Positions 28,564-38,989 of a stretch of 64,000 nucleotides of DNA are shown piece after piece. The first letter of the stretch is position 1, and every line of letters begins with the position of its first letter. The stretch is from positions 512,001 through 576,000 of the forward strand of contig CAVXVB010000009.1 of assembly GCA_963765205.1 (NCBI GenBank), given 5' to 3'. Made by a program: the position numbers and the translations under genes. The notes beneath the pieces were generated by a model. That model had not been told where the DNA came from. It made no database searches and was given only the letters and a program-made list of their open reading frames with translations. This stretch comes from an uncultured Verrucomicrobiae bacterium (lineage in GTDB: Bacteria > Verrucomicrobiota > Verrucomicrobiia > Opitutales > JABDGR01).

Positions 28564-30447
28564 GTGTTTTACAACTTGAGAGGCAATCAAAATAAGAGGC
28601 GTTGGCTGGGCGTGGCGTGGTTATTGTATTGCTCCGGTCTGGCGTGGGGCGCGGAGGCGCCGCCGCTGGACCACGTCACACTCCAGCTCAAATGGAAGAA
28701 CCAGTTTCAATTTGCCGGCTATTACGCGGCGATTGCGCAGGGTTATTACAAAGACGCGGGCTTGGAGGTCACCTTGCACGAAGCGGAGCCGGGGCAGGAT
28801 GCGGTGAAAGAAGTTCTGGCCGGGCGGGCGAATTTCGGGGTCGGCACCTCGGAGCTTTTGCTTTTGCGCCAGCGCGGCCAGCCCGTGGTGGTGCTGGCGG
28901 CGATTTTCCAGCACTCGCCGCTGGTGCTGCTGACCCGCGCGGGCAGCGGGGTCAAGGACATCCAGGATGTGCTTAACAAGCCGATCATGATTGAGCCGGA
29001 TTCGGCGGAATTGTATGCCTATTTCAAAAACGAAGGCGTGGACCCGGCCAAGCTCACAGTGGTGCCGCACACGTTTGACATCGCCGACCTGCTGTCGGGG
29101 AAAGTGGCGGCGATGTCCGCCTACTCGACGGACGAGCCATTCCGCCTGACGCAAGCGGGCGTGACGCCGATAGTGTTCACTCCGCGCGAAGGCGGGATTG
29201 ATTTTTACGGCGACAATCTGTTCACGACCGAGCAGGAATTGCGCGATCATCCTGACCGGGTGCGCGCCTTTCTCAGCGCCAGTCTCAAAGGCTGGCAGTA
29301 TGCGATGGATCATCCGGAGGAAATTGTGAACCTCATCCTGCGCGACTATAACACGCAGGCCAAAACGCGCGACCAACTGCTCTTCGAGGCGCGCGAAACC
29401 GCCGACTTGATGCATCCGGAACTCATCGAAGTTGGCCACATGAACCCCGGCCGTTGGCAGCACATGGCGGAGACCTACGCTGATTTCGGGATGTTGCCCC
29501 ATGATTTTCCCCTCGCCGGTTTTCTCTACGACCCAAACTCCAAGCCCAATTACGCGCCGCTTTACTGGACGCTCGGCATCGTCTCCGCGATTGCGCTGGC
29601 GGCGTTGCTGTGGGTGTTGCCGCTTTATCGGCTCAACCTGCGTCTGCGGGAGAACATCGCGCGCGAGCACGCCTTGCAGGGCGAGTTGCGCCAGGCCAAG
29701 GAGGCGGCCAAGGCGGCCGACGCGGCCAAGAGCCGCTACCTTGCCGTTATGTCCCACGAAGTGCGCACGCCGCTCAGCGGCCTCATCAGCCTGACGGAAA
29801 TTTTGCAGGAGGAGGAGAACCCCGCCGAACGGGGGCAAATGCTCGCCATCATGCGCCGCACGGGGGAGGAAATGCTCAAGCTGATCACGGATATTCTGGA
29901 TTTTTCCAAAATTGAGGCGGGCGGCGTGACGCTGGAACAAAACCAGATGGATTTGGCGCCATTGCTCGAAGACCTGCACCGGCTTTTTTCCGCGTCCGCC
30001 CGGGAAAAGTCCCTTGACTTTACCGTGCATGTCGCGCCGGAAACCCCGCCGGTGATCGTCACCGATGTGCGGCGCTTGCGGCAAATTCTAAGCAACCTCC
30101 TCGCCAACGCGGTCAAATTCACGGAGGCTGGCGGCGTCACGTTTGAAGTAAGCGCGCGGCCGGAGCCGGGCGGCGCCGATGCGCCCGCCCGCTGGCGCTG
30201 GCATTTTGTAGTGCGGGACACCGGCTTGGGTCTTGCGCCCGAGCAGGCCGCGGCGTTGTTCAAGCCCTACAGCCAGGCCCATGCGGATATTGCACGCCGT
30301 TTTGGCGGCACTGGCCTCGGCTTGGCTATTTCGCACCAATTGGCCCAATTGCTCGGGGGCGAGTTGACCTTGGCGGAAAGCAAGCCCGGCGCCGGCTCGA
30401 CTTTTGTATTGGAGATAGTCACGCCCGCGGACGACGAACTGAAATGA
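28564..30447 (+). CDS. Sensor histidine kinase with NMT1/THI5-type periplasmic domain
   Basis: LQLKW.NQFQFAGYYAA; SHEVRTPL; NAVKFT; DTGLG; GGTGLGL. Confidence 0.9.
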   Translation: MFYNLRGNQNKRRWLGVAWLLYCSGLAWGAEAPPLDHVTLQLKWKNQFQFAGYYAAIAQGYYKDAGLEVTLHEAEPGQDAVKEVLAGRANFGVGTSELLLLRQRGQPVVVLAAIFQHSPLVLLTRAGSGVKDIQDVLNKPIMIEPDSAELYAYFKNEGVDPAKLTVVPHTFDIADLLSGKVAAMSAYSTDEPFRLTQAGVTPIVFTPREGGIDFYGDNLFTTEQELRDHPDRVRAFLSASLKGWQYAMDHPEEIVNLILRDYNTQAKTRDQLLFEARETADLMHPELIEVGHMNPGRWQHMAETYADFGMLPHDFPLAGFLYDPNSKPNYAPLYWTLGIVSAIALAALLWVLPLYRLNLRLRENIAREHALQGELRQAKEAAKAADAAKSRYLAVMSHEVRTPLSGLISLTEILQEEENPAERGQMLAIMRRTGEEMLKLITDILDFSKIEAGGVTLEQNQMDLAPLLEDLHRLFSASAREKSLDFTVHVAPETPPVIVTDVRRLRQILSNLLANAVKFTEAGGVTFEVSARPEPGGADAPARWRWHFVVRDTGLGLAPEQAAALFKPYSQAHADIARRFGGTGLGLAISHQLAQLLGGELTLAESKPGAGSTFVLEIVTPADDELK

Positions 30448-30482
30448 TTGCGTCGGGTTGGGAGTCGAGTCAGCCTTCAGCC

Positions 30483-31667
30483 ATGAGGCTTTCCTCGATT
30501 TTGCACCATAAGGGAAGCCTTGGCGTGCGCGCCACCACGCCAGCGTTGACGGCGGATAATTTTCAATGGTTGCCGACCGGAGCGCGGGCGCTGGCCGAAA
30601 TGCTGAAGGCCATTGCCGAGGCCGGCACCACCATCCGCCTGGAAATGTATACGATCGAGCCGGACCGGCTCGGCGAAAAATTCCGCGCCACGCTGATCGC
30701 CGCCGCCGAACGCGGGGTGGCCGTGCGCGTGCTGGCCGACGGGGTCGGTTCCTATAATCTGGGTATGGAATTCTGGCGGCCGCTCATCGAGGTGGGTGGG
30801 GAATTCCGCCATTTCAAGGTGCCGGGGCTGGGGCGCTTCGGTTTGCGCGACCACCGCAAGCTCATGGTCTGCGATGATTATCGGGCCATTGTCGGCGGCG
30901 TTAACATTGGCCCGGACTATGACGGCGACGGAGTGGACTCGGGGTGGCGCGACTTGGCGGTGCAATTTTATGGCTCGATGGCGCGGGAATTGGGCGCGGG
31001 GTTTGATGAAATGTTTGCGCTGGCCGGATTCAAGCGGCCGCGCTTTGGCTGGCTGCGCCACGCCGTCCGCCAGCGCCGCATCCAGGCGGGCCATGCGACG
31101 GTGCTGCTGACCGCGCCTGGCTGGCGGCGCAACCCGCTCGTCCATTCGATTATGCACGATTTTCAGCAAGCGCAGAGCATCCGCATCATGATGGCCTATT
31201 TTTTGCCGACCGGCCCCCTGCTGCGCGCGCTGCGGGGCGCGGCGCGCCGCGGGGCGAAAGTGCAGATCATCCTCGCCGAGCATTCGGACATGCCGCTGAC
31301 GCGCATGGCCGCGCGCAGCCTGTATTACCGGCTGCTCAAGTCGGGCGTGGAAATTTACGAATACCTGCCGCAAATCCTCCATGCGAAACTCATGATCGTG
31401 AACGGCCAGGTCGTTTACGCCGGTTCCGCCAACCTCGACGTGCGCGGCCTGCGCCTGAATTACGAACTCAGCCTGCGCGTGGAAAACAAGCAACTGGCCG
31501 AAGAGGCCGGAAAACTTTACGAGGCCGACCTGGCGCATTGCCAGCGCATCGAACTGGCGGAATGGATGAAAACCCGGCACTGGTGGCGGCGGCTGCTGGA
31601 CCACTGCGCCTATTGGCTGCACGCCCATTTTGACCCCTTTGTCGCGAGCCATTCGTGGCGGCGGTGA
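30483..31667 (+). CDS. Cardiolipin synthase-like phospholipase D
   Basis: HRKLMVCD...GGVN and HAKLMIVN...GSAN. Confidence 0.88.
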   Translation: MRLSSILHHKGSLGVRATTPALTADNFQWLPTGARALAEMLKAIAEAGTTIRLEMYTIEPDRLGEKFRATLIAAAERGVAVRVLADGVGSYNLGMEFWRPLIEVGGEFRHFKVPGLGRFGLRDHRKLMVCDDYRAIVGGVNIGPDYDGDGVDSGWRDLAVQFYGSMARELGAGFDEMFALAGFKRPRFGWLRHAVRQRRIQAGHATVLLTAPGWRRNPLVHSIMHDFQQAQSIRIMMAYFLPTGPLLRALRGAARRGAKVQIILAEHSDMPLTRMAARSLYYRLLKSGVEIYEYLPQILHAKLMIVNGQVVYAGSANLDVRGLRLNYELSLRVENKQLAEEAGKLYEADLAHCQRIELAEWMKTRHWWRRLLDHCAYWLHAHFDPFVASHSWRR

Positions 31668-31695
31668 GGGTCATTTCCCGCAAGCCAGCATCCGC

Positions 31696-31716
31696 GGACG
31701 GCTCGGAGAGCCGTCC
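31696..31716. repeat. REP-like palindrome
   Basis: GGACGGCTC-GGA-GAGCCGTCC. Confidence 0.6.
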
Positions 31717-31892
31717 CAAACTTGAATTTGCTGTTCAATTCGCGGCCCGAGCGGAGTCCTAATCATGGACGGTTCGACGTGCCCTGCAACAGGCCGGTAT
31801 TATAATCCCCGGGCGCTTTATACTGGGCCGGATGCTTTTAATTTGCCAAAATGCCCCTTGGTCTCTGATTATCACCTAACACCCCCTTCACC

Positions 31893-33809
31893 ATGCCTCC
31901 CACCCCGCCTTTTATTATGAACATTGAGCAACTGATCACCTCCTATTGGTGGATGCCCGTGCTGGTGCTCATGCTGGTATTCCACAAGTTGATCCTGCGC
32001 GTCATCGGCGTGGTTATTGTGCCGCAGGACAGCATCGGCATCGTCAACAAGCGCTGGGTGCTCTTTGGCAAGAACCGCACGCTGCCCGACGGCGCCATCA
32101 TCGCCCTCAAGGGCGAGGCGGGACTCCAGGCCGACACGCTGGCGCCGGGCATCCACTTCTGGCTCTGGCCGTGGAAGTTTGAAATCACCCGCCAGAAGTT
32201 CATCAGCATTGACGAGGGCGAAATCGGCATTGTGGATTCGCGCGACGGCAAGCCGCTGTCGGGCGGGCGCGTGCTGGCCCGGCTTGTGCCGTGCGATTCG
32301 TTCCAAAACGCCCGCGCCTTCCTCACCAATGGCGGCGAACGCGGCCCGCAAGTGGGCATCATCCCGCCCGGCACCTACCGCATCAACACGGGGCTTTTCA
32401 CTATTACCGCCGAAAAGGTGCTCGAAATCCCCGACAACATGGTCGGCATCGTCACCACCAAGGAGGGCACGCCGCTGCGCACCGGCGAAATCGCGGGCAA
32501 GGAAATCCCAGGCCACAATTCGTTCCAGGACGGCCAGACCTTTATTGACAACGGCGGCTTCAAGGGCCTGCAGGAGCAAGTCATGCTCGCGGGGCGCTAC
32601 TTCCTCAACCCGCGCTTTGCCACGGTCGAAATTCGCAACATGACGGAGGTGCCCATCGCCTACGCCGGCGTGGTCATCGCCTATGTGGGCGAGCCGGGTG
32701 TGGATGTCACGGGCGATTCGTTCAAGCATGGCAATTTGGTGGACAAGGGCAAGAAAGGCGTATGGGTCGAGCCGTTGGACCCCGGCAAATATCCGATTAA
32801 TCCCTACACGCACAAAGTCGAAAACGTCCCCACCGCCAACGTCGTCCTTAATTGGGCCACCGGGAAATCGGAGGCGCACAAACTCGACGCCAACCTCTCG
32901 ACCATCACGGTGCGCTCGTCGGACGGCTTTAAGTTCAATCTGGATGTGAGCCAGATCATCCACATTCCGCGCATTGACGCCCCGCGCGTCATCGCCCGGA
33001 TGGGGAGCATGTTGAATCTTGTCACGCAGGTGCTCGAACCGACCATCGGCAACTATTTCCGCAACGCCGCCCAAGGCTCCGACGTCATTGACTTCCTCCG
33101 CATGCGCGCCGAGCGCCAGGCCGACGCCAAGAACCGCATCTCCGCCGCCCTCCAGGAATATAATGTCGGCGCGGTGGACACCCTCATCGGCGATATCACG
33201 CCGCCCGAGGAATTAATGAAGCCGTTGACCGACCGCAAAATCGCCGAGCAGGAAAAAGTCACCTACGAAACGCAACGCCTCGCGGAGCAAACCCGCAAGG
33301 AACTCCAGCAAGCCCGCGCGCTGGCCGACACCCAGGCGAAGGTTGTGGACGCCGAACGGCGCGTGCAAATCGCCGACTTCGACGCCCAGTCCACCGTCAA
33401 GCAATCGGAAGGCTCCGCGCGCTCGAAAATCATCAACGCCGAAGGCGACGCCAAGGCGAAGACGACCAACGCCGACGCCGACGCAAAAGTCCTGCAAATG
33501 GTCGGCGCGGCCGAAGCCAGCAAGACCAAGCTGGTCGGCACGGCGGAAGCGGATGTTATCAAGCTAAAGATCGAATCCATGCAGTCGGGCAACTACGCGG
33601 GCATCGAAATCGCAAAAGCCCTGGCCAGCAGCGGCCGGAAACTCGTGCCCGACATCGTCGCCACCAGCGGTGGTAACGGCGGCGGGCTGGCCGGCAACGG
33701 CTCCCTCGTCGAAGTCCTTCTCGCCAGCATTATCCGCGACCAGTTGCAAAAGAGGGCGGGGGAGGGGTCGGCACCCTCAAAGCCTGACGAGGATGCAGGG
33801 GATAAGTAG
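31893..33809 (+). CDS. SPFH/flotillin-like protein with repeated N-terminal modules
   Basis: N-terminal TM helix, repeated L.PG.Y.IN units, ITVRSSDGF, AE-rich coiled coil. Confidence 0.85.
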   Translation: MPPTPPFIMNIEQLITSYWWMPVLVLMLVFHKLILRVIGVVIVPQDSIGIVNKRWVLFGKNRTLPDGAIIALKGEAGLQADTLAPGIHFWLWPWKFEITRQKFISIDEGEIGIVDSRDGKPLSGGRVLARLVPCDSFQNARAFLTNGGERGPQVGIIPPGTYRINTGLFTITAEKVLEIPDNMVGIVTTKEGTPLRTGEIAGKEIPGHNSFQDGQTFIDNGGFKGLQEQVMLAGRYFLNPRFATVEIRNMTEVPIAYAGVVIAYVGEPGVDVTGDSFKHGNLVDKGKKGVWVEPLDPGKYPINPYTHKVENVPTANVVLNWATGKSEAHKLDANLSTITVRSSDGFKFNLDVSQIIHIPRIDAPRVIARMGSMLNLVTQVLEPTIGNYFRNAAQGSDVIDFLRMRAERQADAKNRISAALQEYNVGAVDTLIGDITPPEELMKPLTDRKIAEQEKVTYETQRLAEQTRKELQQARALADTQAKVVDAERRVQIADFDAQSTVKQSEGSARSKIINAEGDAKAKTTNADADAKVLQMVGAAEASKTKLVGTAEADVIKLKIESMQSGNYAGIEIAKALASSGRKLVPDIVATSGGNGGGLAGNGSLVEVLLASIIRDQLQKRAGEGSAPSKPDEDAGDK

Positions 33810-33896
33810 TTTTTGATAGCGTATCGTTATCGGCCCATTTTTCGCATGGCCATCCGTCTATACAATAAAATGGAATGGATTCTAACTGTTTAATTT

Positions 33897-34055
33897 ATGT
33901 CTATCACGCTCAAACGTCAATTAAACGATGAAGAGAAAGCTATTGTGCTAAAGACACATGGCAGAAAATGTTTTGCCAATGGCCACACGATTCCTGAAGG
34001 AGAGCCCCGGAATAAGCCCCTAGCTTTGAAGATTGTTCTTGCCAGACGCATATAA
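33897..34055 (+). pseudogene. Truncated 5' fragment, possibly of an HNH-type nuclease gene
   Basis: AT-rich MSITLKRQLNDEEKAIVLKTHGRKCFANGHTIPEGE, then loses protein-like character. Confidence 0.4.
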
Positions 34056-34073
34056 TCCTATGCAGAATAGGTC

Positions 34074-34319
34074 GTGAACAAAGCAGACAAGTTGAAGGCG
34101 AGGCTGTTGGCCGGGCCAGGCTATCATAATTTTGCTTTTTCCGACGCCGTCTTGCTCCTAAACAGTCTTGGGTTTGCCTTCGACCATATACGGGGCGGCC
34201 ACCACTGGTTCAAGCATCCACGCATTCCCCAGCCAGTCAATCTCCAGCCTATTCAGGGCCAATGCAAGCCTTACCAACTTCGCCAAATCCGTGACATCAT
34301 CCGGGAGCATAACCTATGA
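34074..34319 (+). CDS. hicA: HicA family toxin
   Basis: LGF...RGGHHWFKHP...NLQ....CKPYQ. Confidence 0.85.
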   Translation: MNKADKLKARLLAGPGYHNFAFSDAVLLLNSLGFAFDHIRGGHHWFKHPRIPQPVNLQPIQGQCKPYQLRQIRDIIREHNL

Positions 34320-34723
34320 AAACCCGCAAAAAATTCAAAACGCCTTCCGCCATCTACCCGGTGGTCATCGAATATAGCGCCGAGGACGAGGGTTTCGTCG
34401 CCCGTGTGCCGGCGCTCAAATACTGCTCGGCTTGGGGGGAGACCTACGAGCAGGCCGCCCATGAAATTGAGATCGCCATGGAGGGCTGGCTTGCATCCGC
34501 CAAGGTCCATGGCACGCCGATTCCCCCGCCCATCAAGAATGCCCAACTGAGCACCGCTGCCGAATTGCTTAACTTGACGGCCTTGGCCCGCGAGGCCGGC
34601 ATTCCGGCGCAAACCTTGTTTGCCAAGCTGCGTCGGGGAACGACCTTGAAATCGGGCGAAGCCCTGGCCATCGCCCGGGCGCTTAATGAAGCGGGACTTC
34701 ACCTCGTGGCCAAAGCAGGTTAA
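34316..34723 (+). CDS. hicB: HicB antitoxin with C-terminal HTH
   Basis: YSAEDEGFVARVPAL..CSAWGETYEQA; NLTALAREAGI; ATGA overlap. Confidence 0.88.
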   Translation: MKTRKKFKTPSAIYPVVIEYSAEDEGFVARVPALKYCSAWGETYEQAAHEIEIAMEGWLASAKVHGTPIPPPIKNAQLSTAAELLNLTALAREAGIPAQTLFAKLRRGTTLKSGEALAIARALNEAGLHLVAKAG

Positions 34724-34740
34724 GGTGCGCCGCAAAAATG

Positions 34741-34837
34741 CACCGCCAAGACGCGAAGGGCGCGAAGGAATTAATTCTGACAATTCTGTAATTCTGGCAA
34801 AAAACTTTCTTGGCGCGCTTCGCGCCTTTGCGGTGAA
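34741..34837. repeat. Palindromic intergenic element, same family as 17222
   Basis: CACCGCCAAGACGCGAAGGGCGCGAAG / CTTGGCGCGCTTCGCGCCTTTGCGGTG with internal AATTCTG x3. Confidence 0.8.
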
Positions 34838-34846
34838 TCATACCGC

Positions 34847-35269
34847 TCAGCGCCAGCCGCCGCGGATGAAGACGTTGACACCGTTGCGATTCTCGTAGTG
34901 ATGGGGCACCCAGACCGCGCCGGGACGCGGCGGGTAGGCCCAGCGCCCAGCCGCCCAAACCCAGCGGCCATTCCATTCCCACGCGCCGGGGATCCAGACA
35001 TAGCCCACGGCGGGCGGGGCGGTGACTACCTCCACCAAGGGCGCGGGTGGGGCCGAATCAACGACGATTTCCGTTCCGACGGGATAGGCTGGTTGTTCCA
35101 CCACGACAGGTGGCGGGGGCTGGCGCACGATCACCTCCCGGCGGGGATAGACCACGCAAGCGCCCAATAAAAGCGCGCCTGCCGCCGCCAGCAACGCAGG
35201 CCGTAGCGGGCGGGCGATTAAGGAAAGCTTTTTTGAGCGAGCGAGGAAAGAGGGTGATTGGGCATGCAT
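34847..35269 (-). CDS. YXWGXW-repeat lipoprotein
   Basis: LLGAC lipobox; YVWIPGAW, WVWAAGRW, VWVPHHY. Confidence 0.85.
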   Translation of the reverse strand: MHAQSPSFLARSKKLSLIARPLRPALLAAAGALLLGACVVYPRREVIVRQPPPPVVVEQPAYPVGTEIVVDSAPPAPLVEVVTAPPAVGYVWIPGAWEWNGRWVWAAGRWAYPPRPGAVWVPHHYENRNGVNVFIRGGWR

Positions 35270-35449
35270 GGCGGGCCTCCGGATTTTAGGGTTTAAGGAC
35301 AATCGCTGGTAACAACATAGAGACATCTGGCCACATTCGCAAGTTTCCTGGCGTCGCCAATGACAGATTAATTGGGCGTTTTTTACAGGGAATTCACAAA
35401 CGAATTCGGACTGTTCGAGCTTTAATGTTTTCCAAAAGAAGTGGTCGGT

Positions 35450-37246
35450 TCACGCCGTCAGCCCGCTGCCGCTGATTTTGAAGCCATAGACGTAGTTGCC
35501 GACTTTTTGGTCGGGGAGGGTAACATTCAAGCCTTTGGCATCGCGAGTGAAGACCAGCGGGGCGCCGACGCCGATGATTTCCACGCGCTCGACCTTGCCT
35601 GGCGCCGTCGGCGCGCCGTCGGCGAGGGATTTAATGACGAGCTTGCCGTCCGCCGGCCAGTCCATCACGAAGGCATAGAGCGTTTCACCTTTTTGCATAA
35701 AGCGGAAGTCCTGCGCCGTGTATGACGGCGGCGGGGTGTTGCCGCGGCGGCCGCCCACGCCGTTGCCGGCGGCGGGCGCACTGGAGCCTTCGCCAAAGAC
35801 CCGCCAAGGGCGGGTGGCGTAAATGCCCTCGTTGTTCCGGTCCATCCAAGTGGTGAAGTCGGCGATGATGGCCAATTCGTCGGCGTCGGGCTGGCCATGG
35901 CCAGGCAGGGGGATGTTGAGCATGAGGTTGCCGTTCTTGCTCGCGTTGTCCACGAGCATGCGGGCGATGTCGCGCGCATTTTTGTAGTCGTGCTTGGTAA
36001 GGTGTTTGATGTCGTAATGCCAGGAACCAATACAAGTGTCCGTTTGCCAAGGCTCGGGGCGGATGGCATTGGCCCCACCGCGTTCAATGTCCATGACGAG
36101 GGCCTGGCTCTGTTGCAGATTCAGCCCTTTGCCCGTCAGCACGCAATCGAGGCGGCCTTTATTAAGCTTTAAATTGTGATTGTAGAAGTAGGCGGCGATG
36201 CGCAGGCCGATGTCCGACATGGGGTAATGGGGCAAGACCGTGTCGTCGAAATAGAGCAGATCCGGATTGTGCTTGTTGATGAGGTCAATGATGCGATTAA
36301 AGAACTTTTCACTGAATTCTTTGGCCACTGGCGGGGTCGTTCCGCTGGCCGCGCCGCCTCTCCGGCCACCCTGCGGGCTGAGTTCCCAATCGTAATTGCC
36401 GAGGGTGTGATACTGCGCGTAGTAATCCTGGGGGTCGAGACCTTCCCACCACAAACCCTTGCCGTCGGCCTTGGACATTTGGCCATCGTAGGGGACCCCT
36501 GCATAAGGGCCCATCGTGTCCCCCTTCTGGGAGTCCTCATACCAGCTCCAAGCCCGGTCGCCATGGCTGGAGATGGCGAATTTCAATCCCGCGGCACGCA
36601 CGGCTTTTTCCCAGCCGCCCACCAGGCTCTTTTTCGGCCCGATGGCGATGGAGTTCCATGGCTGATAGGTGGAATCGAACATGTCGAAGTTGTCATGGTG
36701 GTGGGCCATGCACATGAAGTATTTGGCGCCGGCGCGTTTGTAGAGGCCGATGAGGTGTTCGGGGTCCCATTTTTCCGCCTTGAACAGCGGCAGGATGTCC
36801 TTGAACCCAAACTTGGAAGGGTGGCCATAGTGCTCGACGTGGAATTTATGGACCGGGTGGTTTTCCTGATAGATATACTGCGCATACCAGTCGCCCTGTT
36901 CGGGCACGCATTGCGGACCCCAATGCGCCCACATGCCGAATTTGGCGTCGCGAAACCAGTCGGGCGCGGATTTATAATTTTGGAGCGAATCGAAATTCGG
37001 TTGAAAGGGCCCTTCCATCTCGCCAAAACCCGGGGGAGGCACAATCGGCGCCGGAGCGGGCGGCATGGGGCGTGGCACAACGGCCACGGGAGCGGCCGTG
37101 GCCGAGTCGGCGGCGGAGGCGGCAGCCGGAGCCGCGGTGGCGGCCGCATTGGCGGCGGAGAGTTTGGTCAAGAGGCGGGGAGCGGCCAGGCTGGCAGCGG
37201 CTGCGAGGGTGGTTTGCTGAATGAATTTGCGACGATGGAGGGACAT
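35450..37246 (-). CDS. GH29 alpha-L-fucosidase, Tat-exported
   Basis: HRRKFI Tat motif; WFRDAKFGMWAHWG; HHDNF; LLYFD; SKNGNLMLN. Confidence 0.92.
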   Translation of the reverse strand: MSLHRRKFIQQTTLAAAASLAAPRLLTKLSAANAAATAAPAAASAADSATAAPVAVVPRPMPPAPAPIVPPPGFGEMEGPFQPNFDSLQNYKSAPDWFRDAKFGMWAHWGPQCVPEQGDWYAQYIYQENHPVHKFHVEHYGHPSKFGFKDILPLFKAEKWDPEHLIGLYKRAGAKYFMCMAHHHDNFDMFDSTYQPWNSIAIGPKKSLVGGWEKAVRAAGLKFAISSHGDRAWSWYEDSQKGDTMGPYAGVPYDGQMSKADGKGLWWEGLDPQDYYAQYHTLGNYDWELSPQGGRRGGAASGTTPPVAKEFSEKFFNRIIDLINKHNPDLLYFDDTVLPHYPMSDIGLRIAAYFYNHNLKLNKGRLDCVLTGKGLNLQQSQALVMDIERGGANAIRPEPWQTDTCIGSWHYDIKHLTKHDYKNARDIARMLVDNASKNGNLMLNIPLPGHGQPDADELAIIADFTTWMDRNNEGIYATRPWRVFGEGSSAPAAGNGVGGRRGNTPPPSYTAQDFRFMQKGETLYAFVMDWPADGKLVIKSLADGAPTAPGKVERVEIIGVGAPLVFTRDAKGLNVTLPDQKVGNYVYGFKISGSGLTA

Positions 37247-37493
37247 GGGGGTAGGGGTGGGGGGTGGGGGGATGGGGGAATAAACTGGGTTAAAAATGAG
37301 ACGGAAGTTTGCAAGTTTCAAATGGAAAAACGAACCACGGTAGCCCGCGCGAAAGATGGCAGGCGTGGGACGCGATCGTGGCAGTATGATGATCACAAGA
37401 AGAACGACAGGAAGTAATCCAAAAAAGGTTTGCCAATTGACCCCACCCGCAACCCTCACCAATCTCAAAGAACAAAATTTGCTCCGTTTGGAG

Positions 37494-38886
37494 ATGCCCA
37501 TGATATCGCTTGAACAGATTAACCTACCTGACTTCGGCAAACCGGCCGCGCTGCCGGCCATCAGCGCCGCAGAGTATGGAGAGCGTCTGGGCCGGATGAT
37601 GGAGCGGATGCAAAAGGAAAAGCTCGACGTGGTGGTGATTTACGCGGATCGCGAACATTTCGGCCAACCTGAACTACCTGATCGGGTTCGACCCGCGATT
37701 TGAGGAAGCTTTGCTGCTGTTGGACACGAAAGGTGGGCGGCTCCTGCTCGTGGGAAACGAGTGCATGGGTTGCTTGCCGGAGGCCGCGCGTGGGTGCCGG
37801 GTCAAGTTGTTCCAAGAGTTCAGCCTGATGGGGCAGCCGCGGGATGGGTCGGCGTCGCTGAATATGTTGCTCGCGGATTTCGGCCTCGGCCGCGGCGTCA
37901 GGGTTGGATGCGTGGGATGGAAATTTTTTGCCGGGGCGAACATCGAGCACCCGCGCACAGCCCTTGAAATCCCGAGCTATATCGTGGATGCGCTGCGCGC
38001 CCTGGTCGGCGATCCGGCCCAGGTGGTCAATGCCAATTCACTTTTGATGTCGGCTGAAAACGGGCTGCGGCTGTTCAACTCAGCGGACCAGATTGCCCGG
38101 TTCGAATATGCGGCGGCGTATGTTTCCACAAGTGTCCGCGAGGCGCTGGCAGCGCTGCGGGTGGGCATCGCGGAAAAGGACGTGGCCCGCCATATTGACT
38201 GCGGCGGGTTGCCGCTGTCCTGCCACCCGATGGTCAGCTTTGGCGAGAAGGCGCGTCGCGGACTTGCTAGCCCTTCAGACCGCCGGGCGCAATTGGGTGA
38301 TGCGTTTACGATGGCCTTTGGCATTGAAGGAGCATTGACGGCGCGAGCGGGCGTAATTGCATCCGGGCCAGACGAACTCGGCGCGGAGTTACGGGATTTC
38401 TACCCGCGGTTGGTGGCCAATTATTTCGAAGTGGTCGTGGCCTGGTATGAAGCGATGAAAGTCGGCGCGGTGGCCGGAGACGTGTTCGCCGCCGTCGAAA
38501 CAGCCCGCGCGCCCGCGTTGTTTTCATTCGCCCTTAACCCGGGGCACTACATTCACCTCGACGAGTGGGTGCATTCGCCGTTTGCCCGGGGCAGCCGCGT
38601 GGTGTTGCTGTCCGGCATGGCTTTGCAGTCGGACATCATTCCTGTTTCAGCCGGGCCATTCTGCTGCAGCAATGCGGAGGACGGAGTTGCGCTAGCCGAT
38701 GAGGTGTTGTGCGCCGAGCTGGCCGCGTGCCATCCCGACTGCTGGCGCAGGATTGCCGCCCGGCGGCAGTTCATGCGCGAAGTGCTGGGGATCAAGTTAC
38801 ATGACAGCGTGCTGCCCTTGAGCAACACTCCGGCCTGGCTGGCACCGTATGCATTAGCGCCGGGACTGGTGCTGCGGGTGGGCTGA
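37494..38886 (+). CDS. M24/Xaa-Pro peptidase-fold protein, frameshifted near 37662
   Basis: YADREHF joined to ANLNYLIGFDPRFEEALL; LNPGHYIHLDEW; AEDGVAL. Confidence 0.75.
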
Positions 38887-38989
38887 GACTGGTTGCGGCG
38901 GAGCGTTTTGCCGGCGCAAGCCGGGCCATGGCAAGGAAATTGATTTGTTTAGAATTGGGATTATAGAGATTAAAAATCCAACTCGATTA

